From assembly GCF_006345805.1 (NCBI RefSeq), contig NC_043016.1:26288001-26352000 (forward strand): a stretch of 64,000 nucleotides of DNA, given 5' to 3'. The translations under genes were made by a program, and so were the position numbers. The notes below the pieces were generated by a model that worked only from the letters and a program-made list of their open reading frames with translations, was not told where the DNA came from and made no database searches. Of the stretch, positions 24,890-36,664 are shown piece by piece. The stretch's first letter is position 1; each line of letters starts with the position of its first letter. This DNA is from Octopus sinensis. Taxonomy: Eukaryota.

Positions 24890-25028
24890 ACTGTAATGTA
24901 TCGTGTACTCTGATGAGGTTTCTTCTGCTTTGTGGAGTGCAATCGATTCCATTATATCGTTCCCCACCCACAAGGGAGCAGTGCAGATGTAAGCCGAAAC
25001 GATCGTCAGGCTAAATAAAACTTACAGT
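24890..25028 (+). ncRNA. Type-I hammerhead motif with 79-nt extended stem II
   Basis: CTGATGA 24910-24916; ggttt/aagcc; GAAAC 24996-25000; palindrome ACGATCGT; GUC cleavage triplet 25005-25007; distal helix actgtaa/ttacagt. Confidence 0.65.
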
Positions 25029-25940
25029 ATGTCTATCTTCCCTATCAATTATTTAATATACGCGCGCGGCGCGTGTGTGTGTGTGTCTTTGTGTCTGTGT
25101 GTTTCTTTGTGTGTGTGTGTTTGTTTCCCACTACCACTTGACAACCGGTGTTGGTGTGTTTACGTCACTGAAACTTAGCGGTTCGGCCAAAACAGATTCA
25201 TAGAATAAGTTTCCGACTTAAAATATAATTACCGGAGTCGACTAGAAGTTCTTCAAGGCGGTGCCACAGCATGGCTGCAGACCAATGCAAAACAAGCAAA
25301 AGATTAATGATAAAGATATATACACATGCGCACGCACACATACACATACACGCACATAGTAATTGTGAAACGTGTGCGTGAAACTGTATGTGTACAGGCA
25401 CGCACACGTGTTTATGTGTGTGCATGTGCATGCGCGCTTTTTTTCCCGTAAGATTAAAAAAAAAAATCCAACTTTCACTTTCTCCCTGTATTAAAACTAT
25501 CATCATTTCTACTAGTGCTAGTAGCTGAGTTTTCTACAAATGCTTGTGATTCTAGCCAGAACCGGCTTGACATGCTAGCGGAAATGGTTCTTTGAATTAG
25601 ATCTCAAATCCATCTGACATACTTTACACACAGCTGCTATCCACGCATATTTCACAGGCAAGGATTAAGGCGAAACAGATTCAATAGTAACACAAGTCTC
25701 TTGCTTAAGGGGAGGCGCAGTGGATATCGAGCCTTGAATTTAATGGATGCGATGCGAATTCAACCATTCTGTCGAGCACCCGTCACACTCTCTCACACAG
25801 AAATTTCCGCACAAACACATGCCTACGTACACTTTGACACACGTTGGAACACATATGCGTACATAAACATATACAAAGATATTTGTTACACGCTTACATG
25901 AGTGTGTATATGATAAAAAATACTTTAGTTGGTGCACGTC

Positions 25941-25980
<40 letters not shown>

Positions 25981-26142
25981 GGCGCGCCAACTAAAGTATT
26001 TTTTATTATAGTGTGTGTACCGGTGTGTGTCGCGTTTCACTAGTATTTACCTGATATTCTGATACCATTTAAAACGGTAATGTATGTATGTATACACACG
26101 CGCGTATACATACATATATATGTGTGTGTGTATATATATATG

Positions 26143-26207
<65 letters not shown>

Positions 26208-26407
26208 ATATATATATATATATATATATACTAGCATATTACTCTACCACTGGTATTTGAGTACTCTTTTTTCCACCTTGTTTCACAATTATGTGTTTAC
26301 TCCGGTATATATATATATCAACCTTATAGAAACAGCAGATAAAATATAAATTTCTCTTAGATGACTCCTTACAAAATGGGAAGCGTAAAACTTCCTACCT
26401 TGTTTAC

Positions 26408-26455
26408 CTTATTTAGAATTTTAAATGACTGCTGTTGATGAATACATCGAAGCAT
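26408..26455 (-). CDS. Candidate first coding exon (MLRCIHQQQSFKILNK)
   Basis: ATG downstream of unique CpG-retaining sequence; two in-phase donors (gtaaac after 26408, gtagga after 26399); no homology recognised. Confidence 0.15.
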
Positions 26456-26939
26456 GAAGAAGAAAATAACTTTTTTAAAAATCAGTGGTCGTAATTGGAA
26501 CGCTTTTGATAAGTCTGCTCAGTCGGATCTGACATCGAAGGAAAGGGATCGACACAAGCAATAACAACAACAACAACAAAACGCCGGTGTTTATTTCATG
26601 TTTTCTATGTAATTCATTAGTCAATGTAAACCAACCATCTTCCCGCCTTAAACGATTTGTCGTGTTATGTCATGTCACACTTTGCAAGCTCGTGTAACAA
26701 ACGCAACAGGAAAGAAAATCTCATTAAATTAATAAGCAATAATCAAATGAAATATGTTAATTAAATGAAAAACGGAAAGCGGATAGAAATGATAACGATC
26801 ATTGTTATTAATATTATCATTTTTCTTTTGTTTTTTTTGCTGTTGCATTATTATTGTTACGCATATGGTATTAAAGGAAGGCATTGACTAAAAATTAAGT
26901 CCACTAATGACGGTGGTGATGAAGATAAAAGTCAGTGTT

Positions 26940-26975
26940 AGATAGACAGACAGAGAGACAGACTGATAGACAAAC

Positions 26976-27036
<61 letters not shown>

Positions 27037-27058
27037 TGTAGGTAAGTAGGTAGATAGC

Positions 27059-27143
<85 letters not shown>

Positions 27144-27650
27144 GGGTAGGTAGATAGATACACACACGTACGCGCGCGCACACATATACACACATGCATG
27201 TATGCATACGTACATACATACATACATAACTAATCAAGCTAATGGATAGACAATCACATTGAAAATTAGTTATTTAAAAATAGCTAGACAGATAGATTGG
27301 TAGGTACGTACACAGATGAATAGACAATGGATATGTAAATGGGTAAGATAAATAAATAGATGGAGAGTGGGGAGAAATGATAGGTATAGGATAAAAAGAT
27401 AGTAAGTAGATAGATGACAGATAGACTTGACAAGCAAAATACTAATATAACATACATATATATACACAAACATCACATTACATAGATACATGCATAATAT
27501 ACAGAGATAGGTAACTAGAAAGGTAAGCAACCAGATACATTGGTGGACAAATAAATACTTAAATTGTTTGAGAGACAAAAGGATTGAAGGGTAGATAGCT
27601 AAACAGATAGATAGATAGATAGATTGATTGATTGATAGATAGATAGATAA

Positions 27651-27738
<88 letters not shown>

Positions 27739-27792
27739 GTAGGTAGGTATGTAGGTAGGTAGGTAGTAGGTAGGTAGGTAGATAGATAGATT

Positions 27793-27853
<61 letters not shown>

Positions 27854-28110
27854 GTAGGTAGGTAGATATAGATAGATAGATAGATAGATAGGTAGGTAGG
27901 TAGATAGATAGGTAGGTAGGTAGATAGATAGGTAGATAGGTAGGTAGATATACAGATAGATAGATAGATAGATAGGTATGTAGGTAGGTAGGTAGATAGA
28001 TAGACAGACAGATAGATATAGGTAGGTAGGTAGATAGATAGGTAGGTCGATAGATAGATAGATAGGTAGGTAGATATATTGATAGATACATAGATAGGAG
28101 AATGGGTGGA
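26940..28110. repeat. (ATAG)n/(GTAG)n compound microsatellite blocks
   Basis: Runs at ~26940-27150 and ~27600-28100. Confidence 0.95.
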
Positions 28111-28684
28111 TAATTAGATAGAGAGAGAAAGTGACTGAGAAACAGACCAACAGAAGCAGAGAAGTTGGTTTTCCTAACAGAAAATTCAAAATAATGTAGA
28201 ATTTGTTTTACCATACGATGTTGGTGGCTAGTGAACAGCATAGCAGCATCAATTAGATTCATTGAGTTTCTATTCTCCATTCAGATATTTAGTTTTCTAT
28301 ACAGCTGACATTTAAAGCCCAACTAAAAGACGGCGAAAACAACGGCAGCAACACCTAAACCAATGATAACTATAATAGCACTGTAGTAGCAGTTTTACCA
28401 CCACCACCACCAGCAGCAGCAGTAGAAGCAGATAAATATACAGAAAAAGGAATCAATTTACTTTATGCATGTATCTCTACATGCAGTGTATATATATATG
28501 TGTACACACACACACACCCACTCACGCTTAAAAACACACACACATGTATGTATGCATGCATGTAAGTATTTGCATATACCAATTTACATATACTGGTGAA
28601 CTGATACAATTGGCATATATGTGTATGTATATGTTCATATATATATATATATATAATAAAATTTGTAACTGAATTATTGGAAGT

Positions 28685-28727
28685 CCACCTGAAGATTGTC
28701 GATCAAGACAAGAAACGATTGTAGTGG
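28685..28727 (+). ncRNA. Complete minimal type-I hammerhead ribozyme motif
   Basis: ccac CTGAAGA ttgtc gatcaa gacaa GAA ACGATTGT A gtgg: perfect stems I and II, near-palindromic stem III, GUA triplet. Confidence 0.75.
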
Positions 28728-28813
28728 CGGTTTTTTTGACTATTTATTAAATTTTATGTATTGATTAAGTCTTTCCTTGTTTGTTTTGCAAAATAGTGGT
28801 TTTGTCTCAAATA

Positions 28814-28849
<36 letters not shown>

Positions 28850-28852
<3 letters not shown>

Positions 28853-28944
28853 GCCTGGTGCAGCCTTCTGGCTTCACAGACCCCAGTTGAACCGTCCAAC
28901 CCATGCTAGCATGGAAAGCGGACGCTAAATGATGATGATGATGA

Positions 28945-28946
<2 letters not shown>
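28850..28946 (+). mobile_element. Family D 3' end with (GAT)n tail
   Basis: gggcctggtgcagccttctgg..catggaaagcggacgctaaatgatgatg. Confidence 0.8.
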
Positions 28947-28982
<36 letters not shown>

Positions 28983-29415
28983 GTGTATGTATGTATGTAT
29001 GTATGTACGTATGTATGTATGAATGTATGAATGTATGTATGAATGTATGTATGTATGTATGTATGTATGTATGTATGTATGTATGTATGTATGTATGAAT
29101 GTATGTATGAATGTGAGTAGGTATGTATGTATGCATGTGTGTGTGTATGTATGTATGTATGTATGTATGTATGTATGTATGTATGTATGAATGTATGTAT
29201 GAATGTAAGTAGGTATGTATGCATGTGTGTGTGTATGTATGAATGTATGTATGTATGTATGTATGTATGTATGTATGTATGTATGTATGAATGTATGTAT
29301 GTATGCATGTGTGTGTGTATGTATGTATGAATGTAAGTAGGTATGTATGTATGTATGCATGTGTGTGTATGTATGTATGTGTGTATGTATGTATGTATGT
29401 GTGTATGTATGTACC
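28947..29415. repeat. (TA)n/(TATG)n microsatellite
   Basis: Visible tetranucleotide run. Confidence 0.95.
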
Positions 29416-29932
29416 CATGTATATGTTTATAAAATAATCAAGGTGGCTAGCAGCACTTTAAAACCAGCAAGGAAATAATTCACCGTCACTAAGAGTGACA
29501 AGGGTGCAGTGAGCACAAGCATTGCTAGATATAGGAGTCGTAAACTCCTTAGCCACAAAAAGCACATGGTTTCTTTGTATTGACAAGAAAGAAAACCCTT
29601 CCCTCTGCGAGCAAGATGCATCAGATTAGCATGCTAATTCCATATAGGAAATTAATACTCATGGGTAATTCTCACTCTATCTCAGCTGAAGGACGTCGTA
29701 TATGTATATATATATATATATCTATATGTTTATGTCTTTGTGTCTGTGTTTGTCCCCCACTACTACTTGACAATAGGTGTTGGTGTGTTTATACCCTCTA
29801 ACTAATAGAATATGTACTAGGCTTGAAAAAATAAGTCACGGGGTTGATTTGCTCGACTAACACCCATCAAGACAGTACCCTGGCATGGCCACATCAAACG
29901 GCTGAAACAAGTATAAGATAAAAATAAATGAT

Positions 29933-30390
29933 ATCATCATCGTTTAACGTCCGCTTTCCATGCTAGCATCGGTTGGACGATTTGATTGCGGTCTGGTGAA
30001 CCAGATGGCTGCGCCAGACTCCAATCTGATCTGGCAGAGTTTCTACAGCTAGATGCCTTTCCTAACGCCAACCACTCCAAGAGTATAGTGAGTGCTTTTA
30101 AAGTGCCATCGAGGGCCAGTCTGGTGGTACTGGCAACGGCCATGCTCGAAAATGGTGTTTTTTACATGCCACCTGCACAGGAGTCAGCCCAGCAGCACTG
30201 GCAACAACCTCGCTTGAATGTTTTGTTCACGTGCCACCGGCACAAGTGCCAGTGAGGCGATGCTGACATCGATCACGCTCAAATGGTGCACTTTACGTGC
30301 CAGACAGCTGCTCTGGCAGTGATCCCGCTTGGATGGATCTGTTAGTGCTCCATTGGCATGGGTGCCAGTCATTGAATTTGGTTCAATTTC
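29933..30390 (-). mobile_element. Family D repeat
   Basis: Homologous to 12022-12400 and 32630-33186. Confidence 0.8.
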
Positions 30391-30394
30391 GATT

Positions 30395-30435
<41 letters not shown>

Positions 30436-30988
30436 TTCTTAGACATTCCTGCAGTAGGACTATTATAGCACTACCAAGTTTACAACGAGACAATATTTCC
30501 TTTTAAGAGATATTTGTTTGTACCTTTACAGGGTGGTTGTCTACTCCTTATGCAGAGTCTGACCACCTCCTGTACCTACACCTTAGAACCATCATGACAT
30601 CTGATGTGGCTTTTTAAACCAGACAGTGTTTTGAAAAGACACCCATATAGACTGCATATCCAATTTGCATATCCACCAAGAGCTGCAGATAAGTTCTGAT
30701 ATATATACAACTTAAAATGTCTTTTGAGGCCTCCATTAGATTTGCAAAACCTTCTGGCATACATTGCATACATTGAAAGGTGTGCACAATATATAGCAGA
30801 ATAGTTGGTGGAGGTTCATTTTCCATAGGTTTGCAAATGTGATTTGAGCCCAGCAAAAGAAAGACATGGTCTGTCACAAACTATGCACACAAAAAGGTTG
30901 TTGTGATTCACCTTCTCAATTGTAATATTCATCCTTAAATCTCTCTTACATACATACAATCAGACAGACAGACATATGTACATTCATC

Positions 30989-31003
<15 letters not shown>

Positions 31004-31028
<25 letters not shown>

Positions 31029-31221
31029 TATCATGAATATATGTGTGTGGGGAAGATGCACCTACATATGTGTGTATCTAGATACATATACACATGAATA
31101 TATACACACACACACACACACACGCACATATCATGAATATATGTGTGTGGGGAAGATGCACCTACATATGTGTGTATCTAGATACATATACACATGAATA
31201 TATACACACACACACACACAC
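31004..31221. repeat. Direct tandem duplication, 100-bp period
   Basis: 31021-31100 identical to 31121-31200. Confidence 0.95.
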
Positions 31222-31599
31222 ATACATATACACACACATATAACTCCAAGAAAGTTAGGGGTTATGGGACCAACCCACTAAGAGATAATATCTATCCAAT
31301 ATACAGTTGGTATAACCCAATTATTAATACACAAGTGTTTTTTATTGCATTGCAATAAACTTACCTATTGTATTAAATGGGTGAAGGTAAAGAAATATTT
31401 TACCATTTATTTATATTGCAAATAAGAAAATGGAGAAGCACAATAGTTGGTTCATGAACTTTAGAACATTAAAATGTTAACTTATTTATTTATTAAAATG
31501 ATAATTATAATAACATACATACATATAGCATATTATTCTATGCACATAAATTAAGAATACAAGCAATTATTAAAACAAACATTAACATAAATTATTAAA

Positions 31600-31730
31600 A
31601 TCATTTACAGCTGTTTCAGCCCATAAATAAAAGCATCTCATTCTAATTATATTAGTCAAGTGTATTGAGGTAATAGGCAGTTAAAAGTGAGGTACTTGTA
31701 TATATATCTCAAGGCCTCGTCAGAGATTAT
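31600..31730 (-). ncRNA. Type-I hammerhead motif with 99-nt stem II region
   Basis: CTGACGA 31723-31717; ggcct/gggct; GAAA 31617-31614; palindrome ACAGCTGT; GUA triplet; stem I imperfect. Confidence 0.6.
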
Positions 31731-32080
31731 AATCATAAAAATATAAATATAAATATGAAACAAAATACACACATTTGAATACTCTTTATCTTTTATTAAA
31801 CTTTTAATACTTTTGATATTAAAAAAAAATAATAATAAATAAATAAATAAATAAATAAATAAAAACTAAAAAAATTAATTAATTAATTAATAAAATAATA
31901 TATAAATATAAAAATATACATACATATATATATATATTTGTATATATATATAAAATTTATAAGTTTAAATTATTTAAATAATTTTTTATTTTTAACTTTT
32001 ATATTTTTAAATTAATTTTATGTATTGGCTTATGTTTTTCACTGTTTGATTTGCCTAATAGTGATTTTATCTCTAATATA

Positions 32081-32164
<84 letters not shown>

Positions 32165-32183
32165 ATATGTATATATATATATA

Positions 32184-32251
<68 letters not shown>

Positions 32252-32334
32252 TAAAAACGGTAAGATAACAAAAGAAAGAAAGAGACCTAAATATTATGTA
32301 AATAGAAGAAATGTAGTCACATATTATTTTACAG

Positions 32335-32414
<80 letters not shown>

Positions 32415-32629
32415 CTTGTATTCTTATTTTATATGCATAGAATAATATGCTATATGTATGTATGTTATTATAATTATCATTTTAATAAATAAATAAGTTA
32501 ACATTTTAACGTCCTAACGTTGATGAACCAACTATTGTGCTTCTCCATTTCTTATTTACTATATATATATATATAAAATCAATATATATATATATAAAAT
32601 CAATATATATATATATAAAATCAAACCAA

Positions 32630-33186
32630 ATCAAAATAGATGAACATCAATGGAATTTGTATCTTTGTGGCACCAGTGCCGGTGGCACATAAGAAAACCA
32701 TCCGAACGTGGCCGTAGCCAGTACCGCATGGACTGGCCTCCGTGCTGTGGGCATGTAACAAACACCATCCGATCGTGGCCGTTCACCAGCCTCGTCTGGC
32801 ACCTGTGTTGGTTGGCACATAAAAAAACACCATCCAAGTGTGGCCGTTCGCCAGCCTCGTCTGGCACCTGTGTCGGTGGCACATAAAAAAACACCATCCA
32901 AGTGTGGCCGTTCGCCAGCCCCGTCTGGCACCTGTGTCGGTGGCACATTAAAAACACCATCCAAGCATGGCCATCTGCCAGCCTCGTCTGGCAGCTGTGT
33001 CGGTGGCACATAAAATCACCCACTACACTCTCAGAGTGGTTGGTGTTAGGAAGGGCATCCAGCTGTAGAAACACTGCCAGATCTGACTGGCCTGGTGCAG
33101 CCTTCGGGCTCCCTAGACCCCAGTTGAACCGTCCAACCCATGCTAGCATGGAAAGCGGACGTTAAACGATGATGATGATGATGATG
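32630..33186 (+). mobile_element. Family D repeat with 5-6 internal ~63-bp tandem units
   Basis: caccatcc motif at ~32697, 32763, 32828, 32892 and 32955; (GAT)n tail. Confidence 0.85.
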
Positions 33187-33435
33187 ATATATATAGTGAG
33201 AGAGAGAGAGAGAGAGAGAGACTGGCGGATAGACAGACAGAGGCAAAGGCAGAAAGTGATAGGGAAAGAGAGTGTGTAGTGAAACTACCACAACTACCAA
33301 ATTTGTTAAATTGAGGTAATTTTTGCAAACAATAATTTCCTCCATTATTTACAATGTTCTTTTAATAATTATTTCAATCATTTTTTTTTCATATTGTTTG
33401 TTATTTTCTTTACTGTTTTCTTTTCCTTTATTCAG

Positions 33436-33472
33436 GTAGAACGTATTAAGCTGACACTTGGCTTTGAAGTAG
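33436..33472 (+). CDS. Candidate 37-nt exon (VERIKLTLGFEV + 1 nt)
   Basis: Long pyrimidine tract with ttcag acceptor, consensus AG|gtaagt donor, only frame 0 open. Confidence 0.45.
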
Positions 33473-33551
33473 GTAAGTTTGTATATACATATGTATATAC
33501 ACACTTACCTATGCATATGTGTGTCTGTGTGTGTATGTATGTGTGTGCGTG

Positions 33552-33584
<33 letters not shown>

Positions 33585-33653
33585 GTAGGTCCCGGGTTGA
33601 TTCGGGGTTAACCACAGTAAATAAGGTACTCAATACATAGCAGAGTAAAATTA

Positions 33654-34457
33654 ATTTATTATATAGAAGGAGCTTCTACAGGACTAGAACTGTTTCATTC
33701 AAGAGAAATCTTCAGGAAGCTAGTTAACAAGAATTGTATTGGCATTTATACATTTAGGCAGGTTTAAAGGGGTGGTGGTGGGGGACTTTTTTGGGGTTAG
33801 GCATAGCGAAAAATATCATACTTGGGGGAGTGGTCAAGCAGTCAATGGTAAATTAGATAAAAGAATAAATAAAAGAATAAAAAAATAATAAAAAAATAAA
33901 AAAATATAAAAAAATAAAAAAATATATATAAAAAAAGAATAGAGTTTTAGGTAAATAAGGGGATTCTCACTTATACCTATACACATATGTATACATATAT
34001 ACACACACACACACACACATATATACATACACACATACATACACACACACCATATACATATATATACACATACAAATACACACACATATCTACACATACA
34101 CATACATATATATATACATATCATATCATCTCTATATATATAATATATATATATATATTATATTACATACACACACACACATGCATACACATATACACAC
34201 ATGTATATATACACCATGTATATATATAGTGTATATATATGTTATATGTGTGTATGTGTATATATGTGTGTATATAGGGACTTGTGTGTTGTGTGTGGTG
34301 TGTGTGTGCATGTGTGTATGTGGATATTGTGTGTGTGTGCGTGTATGTGTATGTGTGTGTATGTATGTATATATATTTTTCTGTGTGTATACGTATGTGT
34401 GGTCGTGTGTGTATATATACATGTGTGTATATGTGTATGCATGTGTGTGTGTGTATG

Positions 34458-34511
<54 letters not shown>

Positions 34512-34940
34512 GATATAGATATATATATTATAATATATATGTATGTGTATGTGTAGATATGTGTATGTATGTGTATGTGTATTATATTGTTATGTGTGTG
34601 TGTGTGTGTATATATGTATACATATGTGTATAGGTATAAGTGAGAATCCCCTTATTTACCTAAAACTCTATTCTTTTTTTTATATAAATTTTTTATATTT
34701 ATTTTTTATTATTTTTTATTCTTTTATTTATTCTTTATCTAATTTACCACTGACTCCTGACCACTCCCCCAAGTATGATATTTTGCGCTATGCCTACCCC
34801 CAAAAAAAGTCCCCACCACCACCCCTTTAAACCTGCCTAAATGTATAAATGCCAATACAATTCTTGTTAACTAGCTTCCTGAAGATTTCTCTTGAATGAA
34901 ACAGTTCTAGTCCTGTAGAAGCTCCTTCTATATAATAAAT
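33654..34940. repeat. Fold-back inverted duplication, ~550-bp arms
   Basis: 33654-~34213 is the reverse complement of ~34405-34940; each arm carries a hammerhead-like CTGAAGA..GAAA (33715-33693 minus, 34879-34901 plus). Confidence 0.9.
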
Positions 34941-34948
34941 ATATATAT

Positions 34949-34990
<42 letters not shown>

Positions 34991-35003
34991 TAGATATAGA
35001 TAC

Positions 35004-35050
<47 letters not shown>

Positions 35051-35120
35051 CAGATTAGATATGTACTGTGTATATGCAAATATATATATATACACCCACA
35101 CACACACACACACACACACA

Positions 35121-35151
<31 letters not shown>

Positions 35152-35189
35152 AATATACATACACACACATTTATATATATATATATATA

Positions 35190-35480
35190 AGTTCAGTAAA
35201 AATTTAGATTCAGTTGAATGTGGTACTTAAGTTAAGGCACCAGAATTTGGTATGGTATTATACATATAATTCAAAATGGGGTGATTACAATCAAAATAAG
35301 CAGCAAGGATAGCCAAAGGTAATGAAGTATGATCGTTTCATGCGACTTCATTTAATTAAACAATGCAAGTATTACATCAGGTGTAAAATGACACCTATCG
35401 AAGAACTGCGTCAGCAAATCATTTTAATACTTAATTTACAACATTATTCAATATAATTAATCTTGCATAATGCTATTATA
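35190..35480 (-). mobile_element. Penelope/retrozyme-like short repeat with decayed hammerhead
   Basis: CTGATGT(35380-35374)..acttgcatt/aatgaagt..GAAACGATCATA; body homologous to 46500-46630. Confidence 0.45.
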
Positions 35481-35831
35481 ATTCCGGTAACTTTAGATTA
35501 ATTTTCATATGCTTCCTAGGATGTCTTTTAGGACACATATTGAACATGATTCCTGACAAGCCCGTAAAAAATAATATGCTGATTGATTCTGAAATTTCCT
35601 AAGTAAAAAACCAAGCTGGGTATGTGCACTTGAGCACATTCCTATAATAGGAACAAAGTAGAGTAAGGAGGAGTTATTATATTTTGACAAAATAATTTAC
35701 TGACTCGTTTATAAATTTTTTACCATATCCCTATAACAGGAATTCCAGCTGTGCCCACTATCATAAATTAGATGTTAATATGTGCTAGTCTTTTACCAGC
35801 CATTTTCTTTTATACAAGGACACATACACGT

Positions 35832-35863
<32 letters not shown>

Positions 35864-36099
35864 CATCATCATCATCATAATCATTTTATACTTGCTTTCC
35901 ATACTGGCATACATTGAATAGTTCAACCCCTGTTCTAACAGGTTGGAGAACCATGCCTTTCTTACTCCAGTGTCTAATCTTGATTCAACTTCTACAGCTG
36001 GGTACTGTTCCTAATGTCAGCTACTTTAGAAGTGTACTGAGTCCTATAGAAGTTGTATTGTTGCTGGGATCCTCTTGAACACTTCATTGTATAAATATG

Positions 36100-36147
<48 letters not shown>

Positions 36148-36240
36148 TGCATGTGTGTGTGTGTGTGTGTGTGTGTTACTGCATGTGTATCGTTGGCAAT
36201 TTTCTTTGTCCGTCTTTCCTTCTTTGGATTTTTTTTCTTT

Positions 36241-36275
36241 TTTTCTGACGAAGAGCTCCGCTCGAAATGTTAAAT
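36241..36275 (+). ncRNA. Minimal Penelope-type hammerhead motif in a pLTR-like fragment
   Basis: tttt CTGACGA a gagc tcc gctc GAAA tgtt aaa; stem III CpG-decayed, weak stem I. Confidence 0.5.
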
Positions 36276-36369
36276 CCTCTTTCTTTTCAAGAAAGCCTGA
36301 ACATCCAATAACACTGTACTTATTCCACATCCTCGCATTGTTGCTTTTTTTTTTGCTTGTTCATGTTGG

Positions 36370-36425
<56 letters not shown>

Positions 36426-36664
36426 GAGAGGTGAATTTTTATTCATCCTTTACTTTGGAGGGTTCCAAAGGGTGATTTCTACTAACAAAGATTCTTCACC
36501 TTTTACTGGTAGCTTACTGGCATAAGATTTTTGCGAATATGGAATTATTGTTACATGTGAATGGTGTGTTATGAGAATTTATGGAAAGGTATCCCATAGA
36601 AATTCAACAAGTATGTTAAAAAATGGAGAAAAGAAGATGTTGAAATATAAAAGAATTTTAGTAC

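Noticed and set aside
27270-28280. 336-aa ORF (and overlapping 196-aa ORF)
   Set aside because: These translate (ATAG)n/(GTAG)n microsatellite into YLSI repeats and have no coding signal.
28740-29418. 170-206-aa HTYI-repeat ORFs
   Set aside because: Microsatellite translation.
32677-33020. CRISPR-like periodic array
   Set aside because: Units are wholly repeated with no unique spacers, there are no cas genes, and the array lies inside a eukaryotic retroposon.
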